A stretch of 64,000 nucleotides of DNA, taken from Balanoglossus misakiensis. Lineage: Eukaryota > Animalia > Hemichordata. A model generated the notes under the pieces. It saw nothing but the letters and a program-made list of their open reading frames with translations. It had not been told where the DNA came from and ran no database searches. Both the position numbers and the translations under genes were made by a program. The stretch lies in the NCBI GenBank assembly GCA_040954595.2, contig CM082594.2, positions 8,315,573 through 8,379,572 of the forward strand. The letters run 5' to 3'. Below are positions 29,376 to 43,556 of this stretch, in pieces; the stretch's first letter is position 1, and every line of letters starts with the position of its first letter.

Positions 29376-32300
29376 CGTAATAGTCATGTATTATAAATCA
29401 ATTTTTTCCCTTTCAAAACATGACTGAATTTGAAGCAAAATCTATCAGGCTGAGTATTTAAATTGGGTATAAAAATAAATTTAGGGGCAAAATGACATCG
29501 GAGGAGTTTTCTTGTGATGTTTGGTCTCCAGCACACACATTGAAAAAATATTAAAACAATTTTCTGACAAATTATTTCACACTCTATACATAGATATTAA
29601 AATCAACTGTTGGTGAAATCTTTAAGTTGTCAAGTAAAGTGTACCACAAAACAGCCTCAATCATGCCTCTTTTATCTTTTTTGCTTTTAAGAAAATATTG
29701 CTGTCTGTAGTTCTCAAAAAAAATCAAATAAAGAATGTGATATTCAATGTAAATCTTGGTGGTTGTGTAATTTGTGTTGTATGTCAAAAAAAAAAGTTTT
29801 TAGGTCTTGTACCAAAAATTCTTTATGGCATTGAGGTTTTCCTACGTGCAAAATCAATTACTACCAAGTTACGAAGCTTGACCATGTCCCCAAGAACAGC
29901 AAAAAAAGTCTTTGAATTATGGATGTACGGTGACTTCCCATAGGATTACGCTGACAATAGCAATCAGTGTCAACATTAAAGTTGCAGGGATTTCAAAGGG
30001 TAGTTTTATTAACGCATCACCGAGCGTACATTCTACCGTAGGGGGCGCGATTTACCTTTGACCGTGATCCTTTTACTAAAATCTACTTTACATGGTACTA
30101 GTGATAAAATTGGTAAAGTTTTGTCAAGTTATTCAGAGCAGCTAGTAGAATTTGTGGAGTCGTTGCGTCCTAGTATCATTGTACTCCCTTAAACGGACAT
30201 GACCTCATTCCAAATACCAGAGTTTATGTTTTCTCTGATAACTAATTTGTCACAAGTACTTACCTTTGAGCGACCTTTTGTTGAATTGACCTCTTGCCTT
30301 GGTTAGACTTTTAATCGGATCACTGATCAATGCCTGTCGGAACAGATCGAATAGTCAAACAAATAACCTTGGTTTAACTTGCTTCAATGCAACTCCAATC
30401 ACTGTGTCTTTGATGGTAACGCCCTGTCATTATGTGTATTTAGAGAGAGCCACTGGTGGTAACTTTATAAAGACACAAGTACTTTGATGAGCGACAGTTG
30501 TTGAGGGAGAGAACTTGTCTATTTGTATCACGCGCAAATTAACTTTTCCAAACCTCAGTGTATATTATGGAAATTGTTTAAAAACAGTACTCTGCTTAAC
30601 TAGAAATCTTTAATAACTTTCTACGGCAGCCTCGTGACATTTTATTATTAGCTGGCGTTGAACTTTCGTTGCCACGTGAGGGAGATTTAGTTTCCCTAGC
30701 AACTGAGTAAAAAAAATGATGAAATGCTCAAAATATCACGGAAGCCTACATACTTCATCAGGTATAAATCGCAACGGCAGCTCTTGAATACGTCATCTGA
30801 GACGCACCGCTCGGCAATCTACGAATGTCTCCTTTCATCATCAAAACTGCCATTGTTAATGATTTACCGGTACGCAATCACCGCCCGGAAGACCGCTGAT
30901 GAAGCTTTTCCGTGTTTTCATTTTCAGCCAATATTTCACGCCGATGTGTTTTGGCCGATGTAACATTCCCGTTTGATTGTTATCAGCGACTGGACAGGAA
31001 ACATCAAAGATCACCTTTATTAGGAATGTCGCTTCGACGCAGAAATTGCTCCCGGGGGAAATACAATACATGATGTAATCGACAAATCGCTCTGCGGTTT
31101 AATGTTAATCGATTATGATTTAATACGCAACGTTATTCGAAAGTTCGTGCGCACCCTCGGCGTGTCGATATATTGGCCTCTGCATTATATGTAGTCAAGG
31201 TTTGTTTAAAGGTCGCAAGCGTTGCTATTGGTGCATTCCTCGACAGCCACTTGTTACCACGTGTCTGTTTTTTTTTTCTTCGTCCGCAAAGACCACCGTG
31301 ACTGAGTTTGTGTGTGTGTCTGGTCGATCGATTCTATTCGTGCTCTACGACCATCTGTGCACTGGGAGCTGTACAATACCAGGTTCAGCGGTTTGCCTGC
31401 AAATATTCGCCACTGCCTTTTGCGTGTACCCGGTTCAGGAGTGTCTATATTTGCCAAACACACACGGAGGGTAATTATCTAGCGTGAGCATCAGCACCGG
31501 AGCACTTCTGTATAGATTGCACACTGACGCGAGGTCGTGGTGTCAGCCGCACGCGATCTCTCAAGCTGATTGTATTATAGAGCATCGCCTTTGTAACAAA
31601 TTCCATTTGCGAATGATAGCGACGGGCAAGCAAACCACCACGCGACGATGCCGGCGACCGACAGAAATTAAAGTGCGATTTGAGAATCACACTTAATATC
31701 GTAGTTTGATTTCCTGTTTGACTGAGACTAATTTATTGCTCCCGCACGTCGCTCGTTCTTTTCGCCTCGCAAGGGCTCTCGAACTGCGAACAGATCTCAC
31801 CTCATGGACGTTTGACACAAATACGCGACAGGTAAGTTAACCTTTTAAACCTGACACTCTGCTCTGTTTCTCGGTTTACTAACGGTCTACGTAATATGTT
31901 TTGATGGTGACCGCGGTAAGACTGGCACTTAATTGATTCTGGCCATTCAATGTACAGGCACATGCGGTTGATTCATGTGATAATATATCCCACCGTCACC
32001 TATTTTATTCGGAAAGTGTTTTCGAGAGTTACTTTCGAAATACGTCAATGCCTATGTCATATACATGTATTTTATCAGCTGAATGTGATTACCTTAGTCA
32101 CAGGGGTGTATATATACGTCGAATTCAATTTCATTTTCGAATGTAAAGGATATGTTCACCAATAATATTATATTATATTAAGAATTCCCATTTAATACTT
32201 TATTAATTGCCATTATAAAATATAGATGTACAGGGCTTATAGTAATTTTAAATGAGGTTTTGAGGCTATTTTATTCGATTTTGTTAACGGTTTGCCGCTT

Positions 32301-32720
32301 GAATTGAAACTTGAACGTAATGTCCAATGACTTGTGTTGAGTTGATGCGTATTATCCTTCCGTGTGACGTCGGTGTAGCCCCGTTTACGCTTTGATGTGT
32401 TCACTGTAAGCCTGGCTTTCAGTCCTGCAGTATACCTTGCTCCGGGCTCCCTCGCTCTCTTTCTCTCGCTGTGCGGCTGGCGTTCAAAATCTCTTGCTCT
32501 GCTTGCGTTTTATTTACAGCCAGCCATTTACCGCAGGATCTTTGATATCACTGTCGTCGAACAAAATACGAAGATGCGGACGTGGGCCAGTTAGCTGTGT
32601 GTGGAAATGAGGGAGCGAGAACGGCGGGTTGTGAGAACGAGAACGCCGACTGGATCAACGACCTTGGACGGAATATTTCTCTTGTCTACCCGGCCAGACG
32701 CTTAGAGGGCTTTCGTTAGT

Positions 32721-35700
32721 ATGGGCGACTCGTCCTCTGAGTGCTCCCCAATGCCACCGTTCCTCATTGTCAGCAACGAGATTTGTTACCAGCTGACACT
32801 GGTCACATTCGTCGTGGTGCTGGCTTTCACCGCGTCGAAGTGCTCGTACAACACGTTCCGGCAATGGCGGTCCAAGCTGACGATCGTGGTGCTCGGCTGC
32901 GATCCCGTCGGCCTGACGACCGTGCTCATCGCCGCCAAGTCGAGCAAGACGTCCAAGATCATCTTGCTGGAGGAGAAGAGCCGCAAGTATCTGGTCGCTC
33001 AATCGCAGCAAGTGGCTCTCGACGCACGCTCCGTTCAATTCCTCAAGAGACTGGATGTTGACTTCGACAACATTGAGGGGTGTTGGCAGGATGAGAAATT
33101 CTGCACGCCAGTCGGCGTTCTGCAAGAGTACCTTCTCGGTTTAGTCGAGAGACAGAACGCCAACATCGAAGTCAAGTTCCACACTAAGGTACGTTGATCA
33201 TTCTGTGCATACGCCGAGCTGTTTGGTTTGGGAAAGTAATTCATGTCGGAATGATTGCGTTTTACTGTTTATCATTTACAGTTCAGTGGAGGGGAAGGTA
33301 TCCACACTTATTTGTCGGTACACTTAGAATTACAATTGGGATAATACAATCCCTTCTGGCGTCAGTCTAAATAGCTTTTTGTGATGTAAGCGCACTGGCG
33401 TAGATTGACTATACAATGGTGGTGGGCTTTTGATCATAAAAAATCAAACCTCTTAAAGACGCACTCGGAGGGACGTATGCAAGGATGACGTTCGGTCAGA
33501 TAACGTGTGCATTTCGAAAAGACATTGACCCCGCTATGAAATCTGCGGTCTGTGTTGACAGAGATACCATCTGCGAAAACACCAGGATCGTCTGTGGGTT
33601 TGCTTTTAATCGAACCCTTTGTTTGAAATCTATAGATACAAAGTAATTAAAGCACGTGTTGTTATAGACTGCAATGAATCTGTTGTTACAACTTCGATCG
33701 CATCGTTTACCGTAAAGAAAGGTATGCTAGACAACGTAAATATGTTGGACGTCTTTGCCAGTCGCGTAACGTCTTTGATACTTGGCGTCGCGACTTTACC
33801 CAACGACCCTGTCCCTATAGGACACATTTTTATGGACCCGAAACAGAACACCTGGAAACAATAAACAGCGAATAAACACTGAGTGCATGTCATTTACAGT
33901 AAGCCAATAAGACAGCTTTCACCTGTAGTTTGAGAGCAATATCACGTCGGTCACCATTTGTATACGTACATATACAAATTTTGCACTGCGATGTCATCGG
34001 GCGTTGAATATTATTAAATTATCTCAAGGTATCGGGACGTTATTGCGAAATATTTGGGATTCTACGCTGCCTCGGCCGGCTGCAGAACGTGTTTGTACTC
34101 TGACGGTAATTAGAATTGCTGCACAATCTCGAAGGAATTGCTAAATGTGAATAACTAAACGTTTAGTTTCTTGAGGTACGGCTTCGACGCAGAGACTCCT
34201 TATCTCGGCGGGGTTTCGTCGCTAGGATTTTTTGAGTGTCACACGTAAACACCGTCGGTCCGCCAGCTCATTCATTAATTCACGAGATGACGGACTACGT
34301 TCGTGCTACACGAGTGAATACAAGCGAGACGCCTACGCTGCGCTCGACAGTGACGTTATCTGCCGCTGAAACATGAAAAGGTAGACCGTATATACCCTTC
34401 GGGACTCACGTTTTCAGCAACATGAAAGCCAGATAGATGTGTTTCACTCTGTCCATTTCCAGTTTATGAGGAATCCTTGTCAAACGCCCAAAACATGACA
34501 AAACACGTGCAATCAACAATTAATAAGGTTTTCCTGTTTCCACCTTGATCATACGCATTCCCCAAAGCTATGAACTGTGTATATAATGAGCAATTTTAGC
34601 TTTGAAGGCGAATAATTTTATATATATATATATCCTAATGCCCCGATAGTTCATAGTATGATGATGTCAATTCCATGACAACAAGATAGTCCTCGCCCTC
34701 ATAATTAACAATGCATGGGCTGGTTGAATTCCAGCCACATTTGTCATTAAATTGTAATTTAATTATTAAAGAAAAACATGGAAAAATTTTCAGAGAGGGA
34801 TTACAACTCGATCTGCACAGATATTGAATGACGTGACCGTGTGTGTTATTGTGTGTTCAATACGATGAGAGCAGCGCGCTGTGAATGTTGGATTATAGCG
34901 ATCCCAAGGTGACTCAGTTTTAAATTGATTTGCGGCTGCCTGAAAACTAATCCTGGCACAAGACATTGCATCGGCGCATCGTTCTTGTAAAAGTGCATCT
35001 CTCCGATTTATTATAGCTTGACTGGATGTATGTTATCACGAGCTGTTTCGGCGGTGCCCCCGGCCGCTCTGTCGCTCCTGATTTTGTCCAAGCTTTATAC
35101 GTCGGCCATGTCTCAAATTCTTCTGTTTCCCATCATGTTTTGCATTTCTGCGATCAAGAGTGGTTTCCAAGGTAACCTGGTTCGTATACGTGCAGTTGCG
35201 ACTTCATTGCGACCAGTACGACATTGATCAGTTTCGGTGGCATCATGATTATATAGGGCGACTTTTCTTACTGACATTATGCGACCATATTTGAGTGCGG
35301 CACCCATTTATTGATTAATCTTTGCTCAAATTTGCATATGCAGATATACTCAGTGGATCGTGATGCGTGTCTTCACTCATATAATACAAGATTAACCTAA
35401 ATTGTTTAGAAACTGGATCTCTTTCAAAACATATTCTTTTTTTCCCTTTGCAATCTCCCTACCAATCAGCCAGAGGCAATTTTAAGCCTTAATACAACGA
35501 GAGAAAAATCGGCAATATGAGATGGGTGTTGCTATAAAAGGTTATGGCCGTTTTCACAGTAATCCCCCGCAATTTCATCTGTGAACACTTTTTTTCTCAA
35601 TTCGAGTTGAAATAATGGTAAAGAACACTGTTATTAATCTAAGCGTAAATAGCTGTAGGCAGTGGTTGGATACGGATAGCACGCATGGTATCATTAGTAC

Positions 35701-38700
35701 GGTCATATTTTACTGAACCTTTCAACGTTTACTTCCAACGGATACGTACATCTATGTTTGTACACACGTCATCTGAACGCAATTAATGGGGACTGAGACA
35801 TTAAAATACATTTTGAGTAATCAAATTCGAATCAATCACCTAAAAGTTTGGCACTCCGAGGTATTCAAGTATTAGATTTTTTACTGGGTTTTCTACATTA
35901 GAATATATGGGTGACGGAGGGCCTTTATTACAAACACCGTGCTCCCAGGATCACTTTTTATTGCTCAGGTTCTTTCATGGTTAATTTGACGCGCATTGGC
36001 TGGATCAGCTGAGCTTTCAGAAGTAAGGCCTGATCATCATTAAAACCGAATTATTTCCCATTTTTGCTCCGTTTCCGTGATGACGTCATCTCGCAACTTG
36101 TGTTCGGGAATGTATTCACCATATTCTAGGATATCTCTTTGCCTTTTCCGAGAAATGATGGTGACTCATTTTTTTTACCTATATCAGGACGTGCAGAGTA
36201 ATATATATACACAAAAATATGGTAACCACGGGAGGACAGTGTGGCGCTGGTCGTTTCAGAAACCTGGTTCTGACCCGAAGTGACAAACTGACATGTCATG
36301 GAGATTGTTAATCAATCTGCGCAGTGGATGTCTGTCAGGTCCCGGCAGGCAGGTGTGTTGTCCCCACCACGTCTTCCATCATTCCATTAGTTTCGTGTGC
36401 AATGCAGAATAAGATACATCCTGTTTGGAATTGAGGTTTTTTGTCTGCGGCGATATTCAAGGTGTTCAACGAGGGTTGCAAGCCGTCAATGCGGTGAATA
36501 ATATCCAGTTTGGGATATGCAATCACGACTTGTCATTTTTAGGGGTGATAATGGATAGTCAGAACGTTTCGCATTTGTTGAAAATGTTGCACGGATAGAA
36601 TATGATCAGTCAGACGTGTGTAAAGGAGACGAGACAAGTGTTTGTGCATACCCAATCAGAAATGCTTGTCACACGACAATCATGCCTTTCGCATGCAGCT
36701 TGTTAGTTCACACACCCGGTATAATTGGACTTGCCGGCTGGTTTGAAAAGCGACTGACGATCCTAGACGCTTACTTGTGATTGCGGAAGCACGGACGTAT
36801 TGTGATGGATTGCGAAAGATTCCTTTCATGAAAGAAATGTCCAGACAAGCAAGTTTTATTGGACAAAACGCATTTCTAGGGTTGAACGATGCGGACTGTC
36901 TCCCCTGGGTGACGTCACGCCACGCCACCTCATGTTATGAATCAAATATGTCAAAGAACAGCGGCCTCCAGTCGACCATATTGGATCAGTTCGCAAACAA
37001 AACTGGTACGCATATGCACACATCATGATGCATTGTCTTGGTCCATCTCTGAGCCACACTCCCTGTCTGTGGTTTGATATAAGATGCGTTGACCCCATAC
37101 GCATAAACTAAGACTCAAGAACACTGAACTCTGTGAAAAGCCTGCAGAGAATGAAATCACACACACTCATTTCCATCAACCTCTCAAATACTGTGTCAGC
37201 GATTTTCTAAATAAACGCTGTCAATCCAAAAGATATCAAACTACAATACGAATATAACAACCTGGATTAGGTTCCCGGAATCAGGAAGCTTTGTGGAATC
37301 ATCAATTTTAAAGATGTAAGAGAAGAAAACGAGTTTCAACAGCTGTAGCCAGCAGTCTTCTTTACTGCCTCAGAAAAAAGGATTACTGAGAAATAATCGC
37401 TCTATGTCTCTAATTGGTACAACGATTGTTATGTGCCATTGTGCTTTGGGGGGTAACTTCGATCAGTGAAGCATTGTACAAGTAACATCTGCGAAGATTG
37501 ACTTCGCGGAGGTTTTAGAAGGCCAGGCTTGCTGTGGGGATGCTATTAACCCCCGGTTCAGTCTTTGTAGTCAATCGTACTACATTATGTTGACCTTTAA
37601 AGAAGAGCATTTATTACATTCTGCTTGAATTATCCAAGCGATTGAATCTCTGTGAAATTTTCTTGATTGCATTACCCTTGCAGTTTTATCAGAATAATAA
37701 CGAATTTCTCCCCCCAACTTTTCAGCTGTCGAAATCACTAGTGGACAATCTCTGTTCGAGCAAGCAACGGGTACTTATCGCCATCTGTGATAGCGGCAGC
37801 TCCAATTGGTCCACATTACTCTGCATCAACGATGAGTTCGTTCAGGAGTCGTGCAAACTGTACGGCGCCGTGGCTAAGCTGGAGCGCATGGACCAACAGC
37901 AAATCCCCACCCCGGAGACCACTGTGAACCGCTTGAACCTTGACCTTTCCGCCTTCGGGGGAGATTTCTGCCAGACGGATTCGACGAGACTCACTTTCCA
38001 TCTGAAGATATTTGGAACGCTCAGGCACCGGATCATTGCCTTAGTTTGTCCCAAGTCAGACTCTTATGTGCTCCGACAATTAAGAATGACTGCAAATCCA
38101 TGGGTAAGTTTTGTACACGCATAATCCGCATTTTTGTATGACGGTTGTTAAAATGCTAGACCTACTGAAGTGTGCGCATCGTACGTTTGTGCAGAAAAAG
38201 ATATTCACTCCACGACCATACAAGATCGTGAATGTCTTTCGGGCTGCGCGATTGTCACGTGTTCACCAGAATTCATTGCAGATTCCAAGAGTCGCGTATA
38301 CATTGTACACAGAAAAAATGACATTACGGATGTATCGAAGTCTAAGGTAGTTCTCAGATACAAAATCCAATTAAAATCATTCTCCTCTCCACTAATTCGA
38401 AATCTTGAGAGAAAACTCAATTGACGGTTGGGACACTTTCGCTGTCCAAAGGCAATCTTCGTTAGTTTTAAATGAATCTTTTAATGGAACACGGATCAAT
38501 AGCCAACAAGATCTGTAATGATATATATCGTGGTTGGGGGTGACTGAAAAGGAGTTATTTGAGGTTTTTGTCGTTGGGTTTAGGAAGATTGACTTTCTAC
38601 TAACGATATGTATATGACTTCGCGATCGTGTCAAGGTGTTGAAATAAATGCTTTGCGATCCAAGGTGCAAAGTATGTTGGGTTCAGGTAAATGATCGCCG

Positions 38701-39613
38701 CGGAGCTGAGGGTAATTATTCAGTACAAATAGAGATAAGTCTAAATAATGGCTGTGTGGGCCGATTTATATCGCAATGCCTACATCGCTATTATCACACG
38801 ATTTTAAATTATTAAACCCGGCACTATTGTGCCTTCACTTACATTTTTTTCGACAGATAATGAGGAACATATTTCAGGAATCCTACAATGCATATCGGTT
38901 AAAAAATGAACCTCGTCTATCAGACGCAGCCACAAGAAATGTGAAGTGCAGTCATCGATTATTTGAAGTGAAGCTCTCGTATCGGCGTGAAAACGTCTTG
39001 TTCATCGAGGAGGATAACATGGTCGTCACAATGGAAGGCCACGCAGCCAGATCCCTTAATCTAAATTCAGGTAAATTGTGGATTATACCAGATCTCTAAA
39101 TCTAAATTCAGGTGAATTTCGATGAGATTGTAATATTCACTGGATACTGATAGTATAGCGGTTATATGTATGTCAGTCGGGTTGCACTGCGACGGAGGGG
39201 CTTGTTTCGATAAATTACCGCCCAACAATCGGAGCAGTCTATTCGTGAAAATTGGACGTAACGAGCATCGAGCCATTAAACGGTGGCTGTTAAGACTAAT
39301 GTCTGTTTTAAAGCGAACGGTTGCAGGAACGATTTATGAAGACACACAAACTGGCGGCCCTCCCTGACCCTGTTCTCTCCATTTCGCCACGTCCCTAAAC
39401 TAATCCATTCGTCTTGATTTACATCTGACGACAGGGCTGGGCGTTAATCTGGGTATACGAGCCCTGGAGAACATGAAGAGTTTCATTAGAAACGTGTCAC
39501 ACAGTGACACCAACGTGGCTATGCTGGAAGCACTGATGAACAAGAATAGAACGGCCATCAAAACATCAGAAGACTTCATAAGGAGCGGCATTCACAATAT
39601 ATTGTACTGCTAA
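32721..39613 (+). CDS. Uncharacterised FAD/NAD(P)-binding, flavoprotein-monooxygenase-like protein with an N-terminal hydrophobic segment (~426 aa)
   Basis: Phase-consistent exons 32721-33188, 37684-38103, 38857-39070, 39435-39613; probable non-coding first exon with donor at 31832. Rossmann-like IVVLGCDPVGLTTVL..IILLEEK, middle LIAICDSG and spliced MEGHAARSLNLNSGLGVNLGI, which resembles the GDAAHxxxPxxGxGxNxG motif. Confidence 0.75.
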
Positions 39614-42600
39614 AAACAGACCATGTATCACCTTGAAGAGACAAAACTGACTATACACACGGATGGGCGGAGTGGACTTTAAGACTTTGATTTAAGTTTA
39701 ATCTGCAACTTATTCAATGGCAATTAAAAAATACAACTGTATATATCGGGAAATGGAAGAGAGGAAACTCGAAACTCATACTGTACATAATGAATTGAAA
39801 TCATTGCCATTTCACATCAATGTTATACGTATTTATACATATCAACTTTTACGCTGGTAGTGTTTTCAATCTCATCAATCTGTTTGTTTGTTTTTATTGT
39901 CGTACTTGGGCATATTATCATTGGTTTCTTTGTAGTGCCCATTGAAACCACTCCCGTCGACCCTTAGATTTGATATACATGTAGTTCGGGGGGAAATGAT
40001 GCCGCATGCAGATGTTATGTGGTGACCTCACTTTGTAACGTGCAAGAACGGTCACGGTCCGCTGGGTTAACCAAGGCACCGATCCATTGCATTCCCCAAG
40101 CACGCGTCACTCGCATCGATGCATTTCACAATCGCGTGTTAGACCCATAAAACCGTGCTTGAAATTTCACCGGTATTGTGACACGATCAATCGTGTATGA
40201 AATTACTGTCATAGAGGAAAGCGAACGGCATCGTGTACAAGTGGACGGCGAATGGCATGTTCTCCTTTATATAGGTGGCCATATATCGTGACTGACGTTT
40301 TATAGCTATCCCAGTTCGTTTTTTAATCTATACGTGTACAATAATACTGCCGAAATGATTATTGTAATTATGGTTTAATATATTCATCGAGTTTTATAAC
40401 AGTAATATAATCTTCTGAAATAAACTTCGGATATTACGATCGGAATTTCAACGCTCGTTTTCAACATTCTTTTGTTGAAATAAAGTGTACGATGTAAAAT
40501 TCCAGAGTTGAAAGGAAAAGGTTTTCAGAGGTGAAGACAGCACCATCGAATGTTCTTAAGATCATGAGTGTTTCTTCATCTCTTTATATCGTGTGTGAAC
40601 AGCATACAATATGAAGTCTGCCTGTGGCGATGAGGTGGAGTAATAAACTCTGTCGATAGTCGATAACTCTCCCACTTTTCGAGGCACTTGCCGTCATTTC
40701 CCCCGAGAGCGCAGATGCGAACACCACGACGCGAGAAGGAGGCTAGTGCTGTAATCGTTGTCGTAAACGCCATGACGTCCTTCGCACGAATTTCTGCCGG
40801 TTGATAGAGCGGTTATTGTATAAGATCGCGGTCCCGCCATCACCGTGGTAAAATGCGCCAATATATTGCTGTGACCAATCGGTGTACTCTCCTGCTTTGG
40901 GTGTCTGTCTGTCTGTGTGTCTGTCTGTCCGTGAGGCTGTCTGTATATATGTGTGTATGTATGCACACATCTTTGGTCGTCAAGTCGGCTTGTGTTTTGA
41001 TGTATTATAGAAACTGTAATAAATAATTCACATTAATGGCATTCAGACGAGCACTGCCGATTTTCGTTCACTTAGGAATTAAGAAACACTAATCGTTGCC
41101 ATAATTCATTACCTTACACAACCAGCTAGCATTAATCGAGTAATTCTCCCACCATATTACAAAATTACTAACGTGATACGGACGCAAAAAGTACTTTCCA
41201 AATTTTCCAGTTACATTTTAGAGATAGAATACTGCGAAACGACGGTGTATAAAAGATATCGGCCTTTTTGATATTTTGTAAAGGAAACCCAGATAGAAAT
41301 CTAGCCTTTTCAGATATGAATAAATTCCTACCATGCTAATGAGGGAGAAACTGGAACGTCGTTTTTATCACAATGTAATAAACCATGAACAGCGCGCGCC
41401 TTTGAATATACAATCTCTTTCAGAGATCAGTGGTCCTAGCTAACATCACCATGGTAACACAAATTAATTCGCGGTACATGTATAATCATCGCATTCTTTT
41501 TGCATGAAGATGTAATCATTTTGTTACCTATAAGCCTGAATAATTCGAGAGTATCATGGCTGGCGAATACTTTCCTTTTCCGGCGGTATTTTTTTCTCGG
41601 GCTTCAGGGGCAGATCTGGAAAATCTCTTAACTGCAGGAGGATTATTATTCTCTGGCTCTGTTTTCCTGGAAAACATCTCTGAATGTCAAGAGAAGTCGA
41701 ACCCTGCTGTCAGTTGAAAATTTCGTTCTGCATCTCAAGCGATTTGTCCTCCCAATCATCATTGCCGTTTGATTGAATAACATTTCGCGGGAGACAGTTG
41801 TGCCGGCACAGAGGGATAAATTCGACAAAATGTATTACATCCACGTCGTTAATTGACGCTCTTAGCTCTTTTCATGTCCCGTGTGTTTCTGTTTGGTGAC
41901 TTACGTTCATGATAATCACCCTGATTCCAAATGCAATTTTCTTAATTCTCACCGAGTCACCGTTACATCATCCATTACGCAAATTGATTTTGTCTGCAAT
42001 GGAAATGCGATTATTTAACCAAACTGGTCCAGTGCCTTGCATGCACAGCTGTAGTATATGGCCATTAACTGCCTCCTTAGAAAATGCAAGTGCATCGCAA
42101 ATTTCATAAATCACTTCTCACAAATTGTCGTTCACTCTTCCCCGTGGCTACGATAGTTTGCCTGCTCAGTAGTAGATACACGAATGGGAGCCGAAGTGAC
42201 CTGCTCGTGACATAGCCCTGTCAGTGGCATCCATTTTACGATTTTCAGCCGATTTTTTTTTCTTTTCGAGTGTTCCTTGAACACATCCAATGTCTACATG
42301 ATAGTACAAGTAAACAATTAAATAAATATTTTGCGTAGATTTACAATGATGTAGAGTCACAACCATTTGAGTTTGTCCAGCTGAGTTTGATGTATTCTTC
42401 ATGGAGATATAACATGATGGACTCCTTCAAAAGCATCGCGTGATTATCCTGTATTCCTTGCCAGTAGGTGACAGCTTGACCTTTAAGCTGGATTAATCCT
42501 TAGGTGTATCTTGTATCCACATTGCCTTCTAATATGCGCCTAACAATGTGATTACAGGGGTTACACACTATGCCTGCACCTCTTGTTAAAATGCACATGC

Positions 42601-43404
42601 ATTGGCTAAATAGCTCAGCTGGATTTCCCTTATGCATGCACGCACATAATTCCCTCTTGTACTTTGAGTTTTCCGTCTACGTTTCCTTGGTTTCATTGCT
42701 ACTGTCATCAACATAGAATTTCATTCATGTCTGGCATAAACTATTTTGTGAGTTAAAATTCGTACACCTGCCTATTTCCTCAAGGTTAGTAGACAACCTT
42801 TATCTAAAATGTTTGAGATCGCCTAGGCCTATATAATGTGCTGCTGAGATTTTCATTAAAATTTCCTCGAGGAGTCTGGAGTATTTCTTCATTCTAATGG
42901 CCGTCACGTCTGTCTGTCTGATAGATAATCCCTGTGTTATCCCGTGTGAAGAGATTGTCCTGTATTAACACCAGACAAGATTATGTGTCTGCGCCGTTGT
43001 AATAGATAGTCTCATATTCAGCATCCTGTCCAGAAGGTATTTTGAAAGCGTCAGTCTCAGAACTCTGATCTATACTTTTTTGTGTCTACTTGATAAGCAG
43101 CGTGGTTTCATCTTCACGGATATGAGTGCACAGAGCATTGGTATCAGCTAGATTAAACGTTGAATTTGTTGTGCTGCAGCCCTTGTAAAATCTGTGACAT
43201 CAGAATAGCCAACACCTTTACTGGCTAGTAAGATTTCTTTTGTTTAGGGTGACCAGGTGTTGATGAATATTTATTTGATTGACATGTATAAATACACGTG
43301 CTACCATGTGGTCAGGTTGCTATTTTTTCGCTGGACATTGTGCCGATAACTTCAATGCTGGGGACTCCATGCTGCTGTTTGGGACTTTTTGCAGGCTGTT
43401 TCGT

Positions 43405-43556
43405 TTGACTTCAAGGACTTCAGAAGTTGTGAGTGCATGCACACCACTCGGACCTAAACCAGACTTTGCTGCTGTTTTGTTTGACTTCTAGTTGTAAGTA
43501 CACACCACTCGGACCGAAACCAGACTTTCCTGTACGTCGGAAGTCTTTGACTTTAC
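43405..43556. repeat. Local direct repeat, ~61 bp period, 2 copies
   Basis: CACACCACTCGGACC(T/G)AAACCAGACTTT at ~43440 and ~43501, each preceded by GACTTC..AGTTGT. Confidence 0.8.

Noticed and set aside
32655-33125. Antisense and alternative-frame ORFs over the flavoprotein-like exon 1
   Set aside because: Shadow ORFs of a GC3-rich coding exon.
39400-39591. - strand 63-aa hydrophobic ORF
   Set aside because: The + strand is the in-phase terminal exon completing the GxGxNxG motif.
43405-43556. CRISPR-like repeat-spacer appearance
   Set aside because: Only two copies, the intervening sequence is itself similar, the context is eukaryotic and there are no cas genes.
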